A model generated the notes under the pieces. That model saw only the letters and a program-made list of their open reading frames with translations, was not told the origin of the DNA and did no database searches. The translations under genes and the position numbers were made by a program. Shown one piece after another: positions 17,298-27,922 of a stretch of 64,000 nt of DNA. This DNA is from a virus (taxonomy: Duplodnaviria; Caudoviricetes): positions 1,034 to 65,033 of IMG/VR virus record IMGVR_UViG_3300027969_002497. One strand, 5' to 3'. Position 1 is the stretch's first letter, and the number at the start of each line of letters is the position of its first letter.

Positions 17298-17300
17298 ATC

Positions 17301-17549
17301 ATGAGAGCCAGCAGAGGAATGGGCGCTATCATGCCCTCAAAAATGCCCAACGGTGTGCGTAAAGCACGCCGTGACGACACTGACTTTACGCAATACGCTG
17401 AGGGTGGACCTGTTGGCTTGTATGCCAACATTAACGCCAAGAAAAAACGTATAGCGGCTGGCTCTAAAGAGCGTATGCGAAAGCCCGGTCAGAAGGGCGC
17501 TCCTACCGCTCAAGCTTTTATCAATTCTGCGAAAACGGCTAAAAAATGA
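17301..17549 (+). CDS. Small basic protein
   Basis: YAEGGPVGLYANINAKKKR...KGAPT. Confidence 0.7.
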   Translation: MRASRGMGAIMPSKMPNGVRKARRDDTDFTQYAEGGPVGLYANINAKKKRIAAGSKERMRKPGQKGAPTAQAFINSAKTAKK

Positions 17550-18472
17550 CCACTACCGGATCCACCCTCTTCAATATGGACTTCACGGAAATTGCCGAGG
17601 AAGCGTGGGAGAGGGCTGGCCGGGAAATGCGTTCTGGTTACGACTTGCGTACAGCACGCAGATCGATGAACCTGATGACCATTGAGTGGCAGAGCAAGGG
17701 CATCAACATGTGGACAATGGAGCAAGGGATCATTAACTTGACCCCCGGCTTAGCTACCTATGCATTGCCTAAAGACACCATTGATTTGCTGGAGCATGTA
17801 GTCCGTACCGGACAAAACACAGCCTCCACACAGGCTGATTTAACCATCACTCGTATCAGTGTTTCTACTTACGCCACCATCCCCAACAAACTGCAACAGG
17901 CCCGCCCCATTCAGGTGTGGGTGCAACGTTTGTCAGGTGAAGTAAACCCAACTAGCGCCACATTGGTCGGTTCTATTGGGGCTACTGACACAACCATTAC
18001 GCTTAGCACGGTCGTAGGCTTGGCTGGTTCAGGCTTTATTCGCCTTGAGACAGAAGACATTTATTACACATACGTCACCGGAAATGTGCTGGGCGGTGTG
18101 TTCCGTGCCCAAAACAATACCACCGCAGCTTCACATGCTAGTGGGACTGCAGTCTATGTGCCTCAATTGCCTGCCGTGACGGTCTGGCCTACACCTGACA
18201 ACTCCACTCCTTATCAGTTTGTGTACTGGAGACTGCGTCGCGTTCAAGATGCTGGCGCTGGTGTAGAAACAGCAGACATGAATTTCCGCTTCCTACCCGC
18301 TTTGGTGGCAGGCTTGGCATATCACATCGCAGTCAAAGTACCCGATCTAATGAATCGTGTAGACATGCTGAGACAGATGTACATTGAGACTTTTGAAATT
18401 GCAGCCGGTGAAGACCGTGAGAAGGCTTCCTCTAGGTTTGTACCAAGGCAAATGTTTATTGGTGGTTCCTGA
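17546..18472 (+). CDS. Head-tail adaptor/tail tubular protein with an inserted beta domain (putative)
   Basis: EEAWERAG...RRSMNLM..EW, VWPTPD, FLPALVAGLAY. Confidence 0.7.
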   Translation: MTTTGSTLFNMDFTEIAEEAWERAGREMRSGYDLRTARRSMNLMTIEWQSKGINMWTMEQGIINLTPGLATYALPKDTIDLLEHVVRTGQNTASTQADLTITRISVSTYATIPNKLQQARPIQVWVQRLSGEVNPTSATLVGSIGATDTTITLSTVVGLAGSGFIRLETEDIYYTYVTGNVLGGVFRAQNNTTAASHASGTAVYVPQLPAVTVWPTPDNSTPYQFVYWRLRRVQDAGAGVETADMNFRFLPALVAGLAYHIAVKVPDLMNRVDMLRQMYIETFEIAAGEDREKASSRFVPRQMFIGGS

Positions 18473-18885
18473 TGGGTAATCGTTTTGCATCCGGCAAAAT
18501 AGCGATTGCTGAATGTGATCGTTGCGGCCAACAATACAAGTTAAAGCGCCTTAAAACAGAAATCATTAAGCAGCGCCAATACCAGCTATTGGTGTGTCCA
18601 GAATGCTGGGACCCTGATCACCCACAACTGATGCTCGGTACGTTCCCTGTTGATGATCCACAGGGCTTACGTAACCCACGCAAAGACACTACCTATGTCA
18701 CAGCTGGTTTAAACGGCTTGCAGTTGTATCCAGTTAACAATCCAACTGGTGGGTTTCCAACGGGTGGTTCACGAGACATTCAATGGGGTTGGCTGCCCGT
18801 AGGCGGATCTAGTAATTTTGATGTAGCATTAACTCCAAACTACCTTGTTGCTACAACCTCAGTTGGAACGGTAACAATATCATGA
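18472..18885 (+). CDS. Zn-finger-containing virion-module protein
   Basis: CDRC and CPEC pairs, PQ..L...DPQGLRNPR. Confidence 0.7.
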   Translation: MGNRFASGKIAIAECDRCGQQYKLKRLKTEIIKQRQYQLLVCPECWDPDHPQLMLGTFPVDDPQGLRNPRKDTTYVTAGLNGLQLYPVNNPTGGFPTGGSRDIQWGWLPVGGSSNFDVALTPNYLVATTSVGTVTIS

Positions 18886-19391
18886 AAACTTGTTCTCGTT
18901 GCCAAATTGCTAAATCTTACGACTTGTTTTACAAGCAAGCCGTCAATAGTAAAGATGGGTATCAAGCTCATTGCAAAGCTTGCGACAATGCACGCAAAAA
19001 AAAATGGGCATTAAAAAATCCTGAATTGGCTGTAGCGTATCGTAAAACGTCTGACATCAATCGATATCAAAATCACAAAAATAAAGTCCAACAAAAAAAT
19101 AAAAACTGGAAAATTAACAACCCAAGTAAAGTTTTAGCAATGGACGCACGGCGTAGAGCAGCTGTCCATTTACGCAAGCCCAGTTGGTTTACCGATGAAG
19201 ATCACTGGATGGTAGAACAAGCTTACGAATTGGCCCGATTAAGAACACAGTTGTTTGGTTTTCCATGGCACGTAGATCACATCATTCCGCTGCAAGGAAA
19301 GCTTGTATCTGGGTTGCATTTGCCTCATAATTTGCAAGTAATACCGGGCTTAGAAAATTTGAAAAAATCAAATTGTTTTGTAACTATTTAA
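18882..19391 (+). CDS. HNH homing endonuclease
   Basis: CSRC...CKAC zinc motif, HVDHIIPL...GLH..NLQVI..ENLKKSN; AT-rich. Confidence 0.85.
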   Translation: MKTCSRCQIAKSYDLFYKQAVNSKDGYQAHCKACDNARKKKWALKNPELAVAYRKTSDINRYQNHKNKVQQKNKNWKINNPSKVLAMDARRRAAVHLRKPSWFTDEDHWMVEQAYELARLRTQLFGFPWHVDHIIPLQGKLVSGLHLPHNLQVIPGLENLKKSNCFVTI

Positions 19392-19402
19392 GGAGCTTAA
19401 AA

Positions 19403-19588
19403 ATGGCATACACACGATCAGCAGACGGCATCGCTAAAAAAGGCAAGACCGAAGGTAAAAACTTGGGCGATAGCGGTCCTACAGCCAAGCAAACCATGGG
19501 CGGTAAAAAGACATCTGGTGTTACCGGCATGGAAATGCGTAAAGTTGGCCGCAACATGGCTCGCGCCAACAACCAAAAGCGAGGCTAA
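19403..19588 (+). CDS. Small basic protein with DGIA..GKT motif
   Basis: MAYTRSADGIAKKGKTEGK; RBS AGGAG. Confidence 0.7.
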   Translation: MAYTRSADGIAKKGKTEGKNLGDSGPTAKQTMGGKKTSGVTGMEMRKVGRNMARANNQKRG

Positions 19589-19590
19589 TC

Positions 19591-19857
19591 ATGGCAACAT
19601 TTAGCAAAAAATTGATGGGCAAAGAAGTTGGCGACGCCAAGGTCTATGCCAAACCACACACAATGACTGGCAAAGCTGTGAGCGCTTCTACCAACCCCGG
19701 TAGTGGCCCTAACCGTAGTCAGTTGGCTGATTTAGACATGAGCGTTGGCGCTCAAAGCAAATCTGCCGGTAATGAGCCTACCAAGACTAGCGGCATCAAA
19801 GTGCGCGGTACAGGTGCAGCTACCAAAGGCTTGATGGCACGGGGTCCCATGGCATGA
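19591..19857 (+). CDS. Small basic protein
   Basis: GIKVRGTGAATKG motif. Confidence 0.7.
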   Translation: MATFSKKLMGKEVGDAKVYAKPHTMTGKAVSASTNPGSGPNRSQLADLDMSVGAQSKSAGNEPTKTSGIKVRGTGAATKGLMARGPMA

Positions 19858-20519
19858 ATTACACCCAGCTTGTCACTGAGGTAAGCAACTACTGCGAGAA
19901 CTCATTCCCAACTGACGACATGAATACATTCATTCGTCAGGCGGAGCAACGCATTTACAACACTGCGCAGCCAGCTAATTTGAGAAAGAATGTGACGGGC
20001 ACAATCACGTCGGCTAACAAGTATTTGTCAGCGCCTACGGATTTTTTATCGGTGTATTCCATGGCTGTGTACCCTCAAGCGGGTGGTGACTTTCTGTATT
20101 TGTTAAACAAGGATGTGAACTTCATGCGTGAAGCGTATCCAAACCAGACAGCTACAGGCAAACCAAAGCATTACGCCATTTTTGGCCCTACGGTCTCCTC
20201 AGTAGGTGCAGTCACCAATGAGTTGTCTTTCATCATTGGCCCAACACCTGATGATGTATACGCGGTAGAACTGCATTATTACTACTACCCAGAGTCTATT
20301 GTGACTGCCAGCACCACATGGCTGGGCGATAACTTTGATTCCGTTTTGTTGTATGGCACGATCTGTGAGGCTCTGATGTACATGAAGGGCGAGGCTGACA
20401 TGGTGAAGCTGGCTCAAGATCGTTATGTGCAGGCAATTGCTCTGTATAAAAACCTTGCAGATGGCAAACAGCGTGCTGATGCTTATCGTGACGGGCAAGT
20501 TAGGGTATCTGTTTCATGA
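19854..20519 (+). CDS. Head-tail adaptor/tail tubular protein (putative)
   Basis: MNYTQL...FI.QAEQRI...GKPKHYA...PTPD...LLYG. Confidence 0.7.
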   Translation: MNYTQLVTEVSNYCENSFPTDDMNTFIRQAEQRIYNTAQPANLRKNVTGTITSANKYLSAPTDFLSVYSMAVYPQAGGDFLYLLNKDVNFMREAYPNQTATGKPKHYAIFGPTVSSVGAVTNELSFIIGPTPDDVYAVELHYYYYPESIVTASTTWLGDNFDSVLLYGTICEALMYMKGEADMVKLAQDRYVQAIALYKNLADGKQRADAYRDGQVRVSVS

Positions 20520-20932
20520 GTTCGATTGTCCAAACACAGACCACCAGCTTCAAAAAGGAGTTGTACCAAGGCATTCACGACTTAACGACCGACACGTTAA
20601 AGATTGCCTTGTACACAGCCAACGCTGATTTAAACGAAGCTACCACCGTTTACACGACCACCAATGAGGTAACTGGCGGTGGTTACACGGTTGGTGGTGT
20701 TGTATTGACTGGAACCACAATTAACTCTGATGGGTATACGGCGTATGTCAACTTTAACAACGCTTCTTTCAGTGCTTCAGTGACAGCTAGATGCGCATTA
20801 ATTTACAATGCAACTCAAAGCAATAAGGCTATTGCTGTATTAGATTTTGGGTCTGACAAGACCTCTACCAGCTTTGTAATTACGATGCCATCTAATACGT
20901 CAACAACCGCGTTAATACGCTCTTCCAATTAA
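20516..20932 (+). CDS. Tail structural protein (putative)
   Basis: TSFKKEL..GIHD...KIALYT...ALIYN...VLDFG. Confidence 0.7.
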   Translation: MSSIVQTQTTSFKKELYQGIHDLTTDTLKIALYTANADLNEATTVYTTTNEVTGGGYTVGGVVLTGTTINSDGYTAYVNFNNASFSASVTARCALIYNATQSNKAIAVLDFGSDKTSTSFVITMPSNTSTTALIRSSN

Positions 20933-20941
20933 GAGGAAATC

Positions 20942-21547
20942 ATGACTAAAGAACTTTCAAACTTTGGTGACCACGCAGTAGTCAGTATGCGTTCAAACGT
21001 GGCCGGCAATGAGACTGTTGGTATTGAAGGCGTTTACACGGTGGTGTGCCGTGATGCTCAAGGCAATGTGAAGTGGGAAGATCAGTTTCCTAACCTTGTA
21101 AACGCTGTCGGTAAACAATTGATGCTTGACACATTGTTGTCTGGCTCTGCGTATACCACTGTTGGCCCATTCCTTGGTTTGATTTCAGGTGCAAGCCCCA
21201 CATTTGCGGCATCAGACACCATGACCTCTCACGCTGGCTGGACTGAGTTTACTAACTACACGGTTGGTGCATCTGCTGTACGTGGTACTGCATCGTTTGC
21301 AGTTGCAACGTCTACTGGAACAACCCCAACCAATGTAACGTCTAAGACCGCTACAGCCATTGTTTACACCATCACAGGTGCAGGCGGCACGGTGGGTGGT
21401 TGCTTCTTAGTTACAGGCACTGGCGCTGTATCTACTCAAGGCAGTACCGCTGGTACTTTGTACAGTGCTGGTGCGTTTGCTACCGCTAAAATTACCACTG
21501 CTGGTGACACTGTCAGTGTGACATACAGCACTACGGCCACCAGCTGA
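20942..21547 (+). CDS. Tail structural protein (putative)
   Basis: T/A/G-rich, NLV..VGK, GDTVSVTY. Confidence 0.7.
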   Translation: MTKELSNFGDHAVVSMRSNVAGNETVGIEGVYTVVCRDAQGNVKWEDQFPNLVNAVGKQLMLDTLLSGSAYTTVGPFLGLISGASPTFAASDTMTSHAGWTEFTNYTVGASAVRGTASFAVATSTGTTPTNVTSKTATAIVYTITGAGGTVGGCFLVTGTGAVSTQGSTAGTLYSAGAFATAKITTAGDTVSVTYSTTATS

Positions 21548-21563
21548 CCGTGAAAGGGCTGCT

Positions 21564-22313
21564 GTGTTCTATACATACGCGCACTACACCCCCGAAGGTC
21601 GCTTGTTTTATATAGGCAAAGGCCAAGGAGTACGTGCGTATGCGTTTTATCAGCGAGGTTCTCATTGGAACAACATTGTTAAAAAATATGGTGAGCCTAA
21701 AGTTGAAATATTGGCAGATTGGGATGATGAGGCCAGCGCATTTGAACATGAGAAATTTTTAATTACTTGTTGCCGTGACTTGGATGTGAGGCTATGTAAT
21801 AAAACAGATGGCGGCGAAGGCGCTTCTGGTTACAAACACACCGCTAAACAGCGTGAAAACAACCGCAAGGCTAGACTAGGAAAACCTGTATGGAATGCTG
21901 GCGTACCTTGTCGTGAAGAAACTAAATTAAAACTTAGTATGGCAAAGCTTGGGACTACCCCATGGAATAAAGGCATTCCCTCTGGGTTAAAACACACCGA
22001 AGACTTTAAACAAAAACTTCGTGAACGACACACAGGCAATACTTGGAGAGCCGGCAAACCAGCATCAGAAAAACAAAAACAAATTGCCAGCCAGTTGAGT
22101 AAAGGCAATAAACATGCTGCCGGTAACACCAACAACCGCCGCTGGAAGTGGGTGGGTACAAACATTGAAGACGGTAGTGTTGTTTTGTTTATTGGTTCTA
22201 TTGCGCTAAATGCAGCGGGTTTTCAACACGCGAATGTAATCAAATGCTTAAACGGCACACGTAAGTCGCATAAAGGCTACACTTGGCATAAAGAATTATT
22301 GGAGATTAAATAA
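21564..22313 (+). CDS. GIY-YIG homing endonuclease with NUMOD-type DNA-binding repeats
   Basis: FYTYAH...FYIGKG..RA, NKTDGGEG, PWNKG repeats, C-terminal CL.G.RKSHKGY.W. Confidence 0.85.
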   Translation: MFYTYAHYTPEGRLFYIGKGQGVRAYAFYQRGSHWNNIVKKYGEPKVEILADWDDEASAFEHEKFLITCCRDLDVRLCNKTDGGEGASGYKHTAKQRENNRKARLGKPVWNAGVPCREETKLKLSMAKLGTTPWNKGIPSGLKHTEDFKQKLRERHTGNTWRAGKPASEKQKQIASQLSKGNKHAAGNTNNRRWKWVGTNIEDGSVVLFIGSIALNAAGFQHANVIKCLNGTRKSHKGYTWHKELLEIK

Positions 22314-25300
22314 ATGGCTCTTGTACTTGCTGATCGGGTCCAAGAGACCACGACGACTACCGGCACTGGCTCAATTACTTTAGGTGGAGCCGTTCCCGGT
22401 TTCCAAACGTTCGCGGTCGTTGGCAATACGAATACGTGTTACTACACCATCGTAGATGGCTCTGCGTGGGAGGTGGGCATTGGTACGTACTCCACGACTG
22501 GCCCGACCCTAGCTCGTACAACGATCCTGTCAAATTCACTTGGCACTCTAGTAGCTATTACACTGACTGCCGGTACAAAGAATGTTTTCTTAACATACCC
22601 AGCAGAGAAGTCTGTCAATCTAGACGCAAGCAATAATGTCAGCCCTTTAGGCACTGTAGCGTCTGGTACATGGCAAGGTTCTACAATTGGACTAGGCTAT
22701 GGCGGTACAGGACAGGTAACGGCTAATGCGGCTTTTAACGCGTTAGCGCCTGCCCAAACAGGCAATTCAGGTAAATATTTAACTACTAACGGCACTGACA
22801 CCTCATGGGCCACTAATGCTGGTGGTGATGTGGTTGGCCCATCAACTGCGACGGCTAATGGTATTGTTTTATTTGATAGCACCACTGGGAAATTGATTAA
22901 AGATTCAGCCGCTACAGATGGTTTAATTCAAGGCATGACTGTAGGTTTGGGCGCTGGCTCTAGTGCTTTCAATACCATTGTAGGATACCAAGCACTGTCA
23001 GCAAACTCAACAGGCGTCGGTCTCACGGCTTTTGGCTATCAAACTTTAAAAGCAAACACGCTTGGTAATTCTTCAACAGCGTTTGGGTATTTGGCTTTAA
23101 AAGCAAACACAATTGGCTCAGGCAATACCGCCATTGGCGATCAAGCGCTTTCTTTAAATACCACAGCATCAGGTAATACAGCTGTTGGCTCTGCTGCTGC
23201 TGGTTTTTCTCTTACTGCTACCGGAATTAGCGCGTTAGGATTTTCTGCGTTATACAACAATACAGCAAATTACAACACTGCAATTGGGTCATCGGCTCTG
23301 TATTCAAATACAACAGCCACATTCAATACGGCTGTAGGTTATCAAGCCGCGTATTACCAACAAACAGGCGGCGGTAATGTTGCAATTGGGGCTTCTGCAT
23401 TATTTGGTTCAGTCACTCCAGCAAATAACACAGGGTCAAATAATACAGCCGTAGGAGGCTACGCCCTTTCTTCCAATACCTCTGGTGCCGCAAGTGTGGC
23501 TGTAGGTTATGGGGCGGGCCAGTTTAACACCACAGGGCGCGTCGTTGCAGTGGGGTTTGGAGCCGCTAGTCGAAGCACAGTGGGGTCGGGCATTACTGCA
23601 ATTGGCTACAGCGCTTTAACATCTAACACAGGCAGTTACGGCACTGCTCTTGGTGAAGAAGCGCTTGGGTTAAACAACTCATCCGCCAACAACACGGCTG
23701 TAGGGTATCGTTCACTTTACAGCAACAATGCTCAGGTTGATGCGGGCTTGTTTGTAGTTGGTACTTCGTATGTGATTTCGTTTGTAGGTACTACAAACTT
23801 TACTGCAATTGGCGCGTCTTCCAATACATTAGGGGTAGTGTTTACTGCCACAGGTGTTGGATCGGGTACAGGCCAAGCAATTGCTAACGGCGGGGTTAAT
23901 AACACTGCTATTGGCTATCAATCAGGGTATTTAATTACCACAGGCAGTAAGAACGTTGTCATTGGCAGCTATACAGGTTTTGCTGCGCCTATTAGCCAAA
24001 CAGGCAGCAACTACATCATCTTCAGTGATGGTGATGCAAATGTGCGCGGGTATTTTGATAGCTCTGGTAGTTTAAATATTGCTAGTTTGACTGCATCTAA
24101 GGTCGTGTTTACCGATGCGTCTAAAAACTTAACATCTACAGGCACTGTTGCAATTGCTCAAGGCGGTACAGGCTTAACTACAACCCCCGCCAATGGCGCT
24201 CTAGATATTGGTAACGGCACAGGCTTTACTCGCACAACATTGACTGCGGGCTCAGGCGTAACAATTACTAACGCTTCAGGTTCAATCACAATTAATGCAA
24301 CGGGTACAGGCGGTGATGTTGTTGGCCCAGCCTCTGCTACAAACAACGGCATTGTTCTGTTTGATGGCACAACAGGTAAGATCATTAAAAACTCAGCCAC
24401 GCAGGATGGTCTGATCTATGGTCTAACAGTAGGCCGTGGTGCAGGTTCTGTGGCTACCAATACTGCGGTGGGTGCGACTGCGTTGGCGGCAAATACGAGT
24501 GGGTCAAATAATACCGCTACTGGAGTAAATACTCTTTTAAGCAACACCACTGGGTCAAGTAATACATCTATTGGTCAGAACGCACTTCCATTCAACACCA
24601 CAGGTAGTTTCAATATTGCGGTAGGAACAGCATCGCTTTTTTCAAACACCACAGCATCTAACAACACCGCTGTGGGCTATCAGGCGGGATACAGCAACCA
24701 AACGGGCGCTTCAATTACTGCGGTTGGTTATCAAGCCCTTCAGTACACTACTCTTGGCGCAAATACCGCTTTAGGTTTTCAAGCTGGTGTAAATAATACT
24801 GCTGGAGATAATTTATTTGTTGGCTCTTCTGCTGGCGTAATTAACACCACAGGAACAAGAAATTCATTTGTTGGAACTGGTTCTGGTAAGAATGGAGCCT
24901 CTTATTTAACTGCTTCAGACAATACTGCTTTAGGCTACACAGCACTGTTTAATATTGCTGGTGCTGGAGCAAGCAATACGGCTTTGGGCAGTCAAGCCCT
25001 CTACAACAACACCACCGCATCCAATAACACTGCCGTAGGTTATCAGGCGGGTTATAGCAACGTCACAGGAACACAAGTCACCGCATTAGGCTATCAAGCT
25101 GGTTATGCTTCTACTGGCGGTTATTTGGTTGCTGTTGGACATCAAGCCGCTAGAAATACATCAACGGGTGTATCTGGTGTTGCGGTTGGCAATGGCGCTC
25201 TTACAGCAAACACAACTGGTTCGCAAAACACAGCAATTGGCGAGGCCGCTTTAGCCTCCAACACCACAGCATCTAACAACACTGCGGTTGGCTACCAAGC

Positions 25301-27920
25301 AATGTACTCCAATATAGATGGGGCATTTAACGTAGCGGTTGGTCGGTTAGCTTTGTACGCACAGAATGGCACTGGTAACTTACAAAACACTGCTGTTGGC
25401 AATTCTGCAATGACTGCTACCACAAGCGGCTACTTTAATGCGGCTTTGGGTTCTAGCGCTTTAGTGGCAAATACCACTGGCAATAGTAACGTAGCTGTTG
25501 GTATGCAAGCCCTAAACGCAAACACCACAGCCTCTAACAACACTGCCGTGGGCTATCAGGCGGGAAACTCAATTACAACGGGCGAAGGCAACGTAGCTAT
25601 TGGTTCTGAAACACTGCAAGCCGTTACAACGGGGGCTAACAACATTGCTATCGGCCTTTACGCATTAGAGTCAAGGTCTACGACAAGTGCTGACAACGTA
25701 GCTATTGGCTACGCTTCACAAGTTGCCGCAGGTGTAGCCTCTGCCAACGTCTCAGTTGGTAGCTCTGCATTGCGCTTTACAACAACTGGTAACAACAATA
25801 CTGCTCTTGGATCTAACGCTCTCTACTCCAACACCACAGCATCTAACAACGTTGCTGTAGGTTATCAGGCTGGTTACGCCAACACCACTGGCAATATTGT
25901 GGCAGTTGGTTTTCAGGCTTTAGTGAACAACACCACGGGTACATATAACGTTGCTTTAGGTGCAAGCGCCTTATTTACAAATAGTACAGGTACTTCAAAC
26001 ATTGGTATTGGTTTTAACGCATTAAATAAAAATACAACAGGTATTAGTAATTTAGCCATTGGTTCTTACGACATTAATTCTGGTTTGCAAGGTGCTTTAT
26101 TTGCCAATACCACTGGAGCAAGTAACGTAGCTATTGGTAATGGCGCTCTTTCGTCAAACACCACAGCATCTAACAATACTGCTGTTGGTTATCAAGCATT
26201 AGTAAGTAACACAGCATCATCTAACACGGCTGTGGGTTATCAAGCAGGATACACCAACACTACTGGTGTAAACTTAACTACTGTGGGATACCGTGCTGGT
26301 TATTCAAACACAACTGGTGAAGTTACGGCAGTTGGTAGCTCGGCGGGAACTAATAACACAACAGGCGTAGTTACTACTGTGGGTGCCGGTGCATTAGGTC
26401 AAAACACTACTGGTTTGTATAACGCCGCTTTTGGTGGTGGTGTTCCTTCTGTATCCTATGCCACACTTGGTTTAAATACTACAGGCGGTTACAACTCTGC
26501 TTTTGGTTATAGCGCACTTCAGAATAACACCACAGCTTCATACAGCACCGCAGTTGGCTACCAAGCTGGTTTTAACAATAATGCGGGTAACAACACTGCT
26601 GTTGGTTATCAGGCGGCTTATAACAATAGTTCAGGCACAAGCGGTACGTTTATTGGTTATCAAGCTGGATACAGCAACAACGCTACAAACAACACGGCAG
26701 TTGGTGGATCGGCTTTGTATGCTAACACCACTGGCCTTGGCAATACAGCAGTTGGCTCCCTTGCTTTGACCGCAAACACCACTGGTGTTGGAAACACGGC
26801 TGTTGGCGCATATTGGAATGGTTCTGTTGCATCACCTTTGTACTCAAATACTACTGGTGGTCAAAACACTGCAATGGGCCCCGGTGCGTTAGCTGGCAAC
26901 ACAACAGGTAGCACAAACGTCGCTATTGGTAACTACGCATTAACGTCCAACACCACAGCATCTAACACTACTGCGGTAGGCTATTCATCGTTGTATAGCA
27001 ACACCACTGGCGAACAAAATTCTGCGTTTGGCGCATACACACTTAGCACAAACACAACGGGCGCTTTTAACACGGCGGTGGGGATGCAAGCCCTTAATAC
27101 TAGCGTTACAGCAAGTAACAACACGGCTGTTGGTTTTCAGGCTGGTTACACTCTTACAGGGTCATCCAACGTTGCTATTGGTTACAACGCTTGTTCAAAC
27201 GGAACTTCTGGAACTTCCTCTGGTACAGACAACGCGGCTGTTGGAACATTATCGCTTAACTCCATTAGTTCTGGTAGTCAAAACGTAGCAATTGGTACTC
27301 AAGCGCTTTATCGCAACACCACAGGAAGTTACAACGTTGCAATGGGTTATCAAGCTGGATATGCAAACCTAACAGGTCAATACAACACATTCATAGGTTT
27401 TGGAGCAGGTAACACATCTACCAATACTCAAAATACTCTAATAGGTTATGCCTCAATAACTTCAGCGGCTGGAGATAGCAATGAAATTGTTATTGGTACT
27501 GCGGGAGCAACTGGTAAGGGTTCTGGAACAGCCTATATTTCACCAAATTCGGGTGCTTGCTACCAAGGCAACAATGGTGCAACGTGGGCTGTTACTTCTG
27601 ACCAACGCCTAAAGAAAAACATTGTTGACAACAACACTGGCTTGGAAAAAATCAATGCTATTCAAGTTCGCAATTTTGAGTACCGATTAGCTGAAGAAAT
27701 TACAGACGTACCGCAAAATCAAGCCGTTCAAAAGCAAGGTGTGCAGTTGGGCGTCATTGCCCAAGAACTTCAGCAAATCTTGCCTGAATGCGTTAAAACA
27801 GAATCTACTGGCGTTATGACTGTGGATGCCGACAACTTGACTTGGTACTTAGTCAATGCAGTCAAAGAACTTTCCGCGAAAGTCGCACAACTTCAATCTC
27901 AACTTAACCAAGGAGCCTAA
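22314..27920 (+). CDS. Long tail fibre/spike with NTAVG repeats and a C-terminal S74 intramolecular chaperone
   Basis: MALVLADRVQETTTTTGTG N-terminus, dozens of NTA(V/I)G..AL..NTT repeats, SDQRLKKNI...GVIAQE, coiled-coil end. Confidence 0.9.
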   Translation: MALVLADRVQETTTTTGTGSITLGGAVPGFQTFAVVGNTNTCYYTIVDGSAWEVGIGTYSTTGPTLARTTILSNSLGTLVAITLTAGTKNVFLTYPAEKSVNLDASNNVSPLGTVASGTWQGSTIGLGYGGTGQVTANAAFNALAPAQTGNSGKYLTTNGTDTSWATNAGGDVVGPSTATANGIVLFDSTTGKLIKDSAATDGLIQGMTVGLGAGSSAFNTIVGYQALSANSTGVGLTAFGYQTLKANTLGNSSTAFGYLALKANTIGSGNTAIGDQALSLNTTASGNTAVGSAAAGFSLTATGISALGFSALYNNTANYNTAIGSSALYSNTTATFNTAVGYQAAYYQQTGGGNVAIGASALFGSVTPANNTGSNNTAVGGYALSSNTSGAASVAVGYGAGQFNTTGRVVAVGFGAASRSTVGSGITAIGYSALTSNTGSYGTALGEEALGLNNSSANNTAVGYRSLYSNNAQVDAGLFVVGTSYVISFVGTTNFTAIGASSNTLGVVFTATGVGSGTGQAIANGGVNNTAIGYQSGYLITTGSKNVVIGSYTGFAAPISQTGSNYIIFSDGDANVRGYFDSSGSLNIASLTASKVVFTDASKNLTSTGTVAIAQGGTGLTTTPANGALDIGNGTGFTRTTLTAGSGVTITNASGSITINATGTGGDVVGPASATNNGIVLFDGTTGKIIKNSATQDGLIYGLTVGRGAGSVATNTAVGATALAANTSGSNNTATGVNTLLSNTTGSSNTSIGQNALPFNTTGSFNIAVGTASLFSNTTASNNTAVGYQAGYSNQTGASITAVGYQALQYTTLGANTALGFQAGVNNTAGDNLFVGSSAGVINTTGTRNSFVGTGSGKNGASYLTASDNTALGYTALFNIAGAGASNTALGSQALYNNTTASNNTAVGYQAGYSNVTGTQVTALGYQAGYASTGGYLVAVGHQAARNTSTGVSGVAVGNGALTANTTGSQNTAIGEAALASNTTASNNTAVGYQAMYSNIDGAFNVAVGRLALYAQNGTGNLQNTAVGNSAMTATTSGYFNAALGSSALVANTTGNSNVAVGMQALNANTTASNNTAVGYQAGNSITTGEGNVAIGSETLQAVTTGANNIAIGLYALESRSTTSADNVAIGYASQVAAGVASANVSVGSSALRFTTTGNNNTALGSNALYSNTTASNNVAVGYQAGYANTTGNIVAVGFQALVNNTTGTYNVALGASALFTNSTGTSNIGIGFNALNKNTTGISNLAIGSYDINSGLQGALFANTTGASNVAIGNGALSSNTTASNNTAVGYQALVSNTASSNTAVGYQAGYTNTTGVNLTTVGYRAGYSNTTGEVTAVGSSAGTNNTTGVVTTVGAGALGQNTTGLYNAAFGGGVPSVSYATLGLNTTGGYNSAFGYSALQNNTTASYSTAVGYQAGFNNNAGNNTAVGYQAAYNNSSGTSGTFIGYQAGYSNNATNNTAVGGSALYANTTGLGNTAVGSLALTANTTGVGNTAVGAYWNGSVASPLYSNTTGGQNTAMGPGALAGNTTGSTNVAIGNYALTSNTTASNTTAVGYSSLYSNTTGEQNSAFGAYTLSTNTTGAFNTAVGMQALNTSVTASNNTAVGFQAGYTLTGSSNVAIGYNACSNGTSGTSSGTDNAAVGTLSLNSISSGSQNVAIGTQALYRNTTGSYNVAMGYQAGYANLTGQYNTFIGFGAGNTSTNTQNTLIGYASITSAAGDSNEIVIGTAGATGKGSGTAYISPNSGACYQGNNGATWAVTSDQRLKKNIVDNNTGLEKINAIQVRNFEYRLAEEITDVPQNQAVQKQGVQLGVIAQELQQILPECVKTESTGVMTVDADNLTWYLVNAVKELSAKVAQLQSQLNQGA

Positions 27921-27922
27921 TC

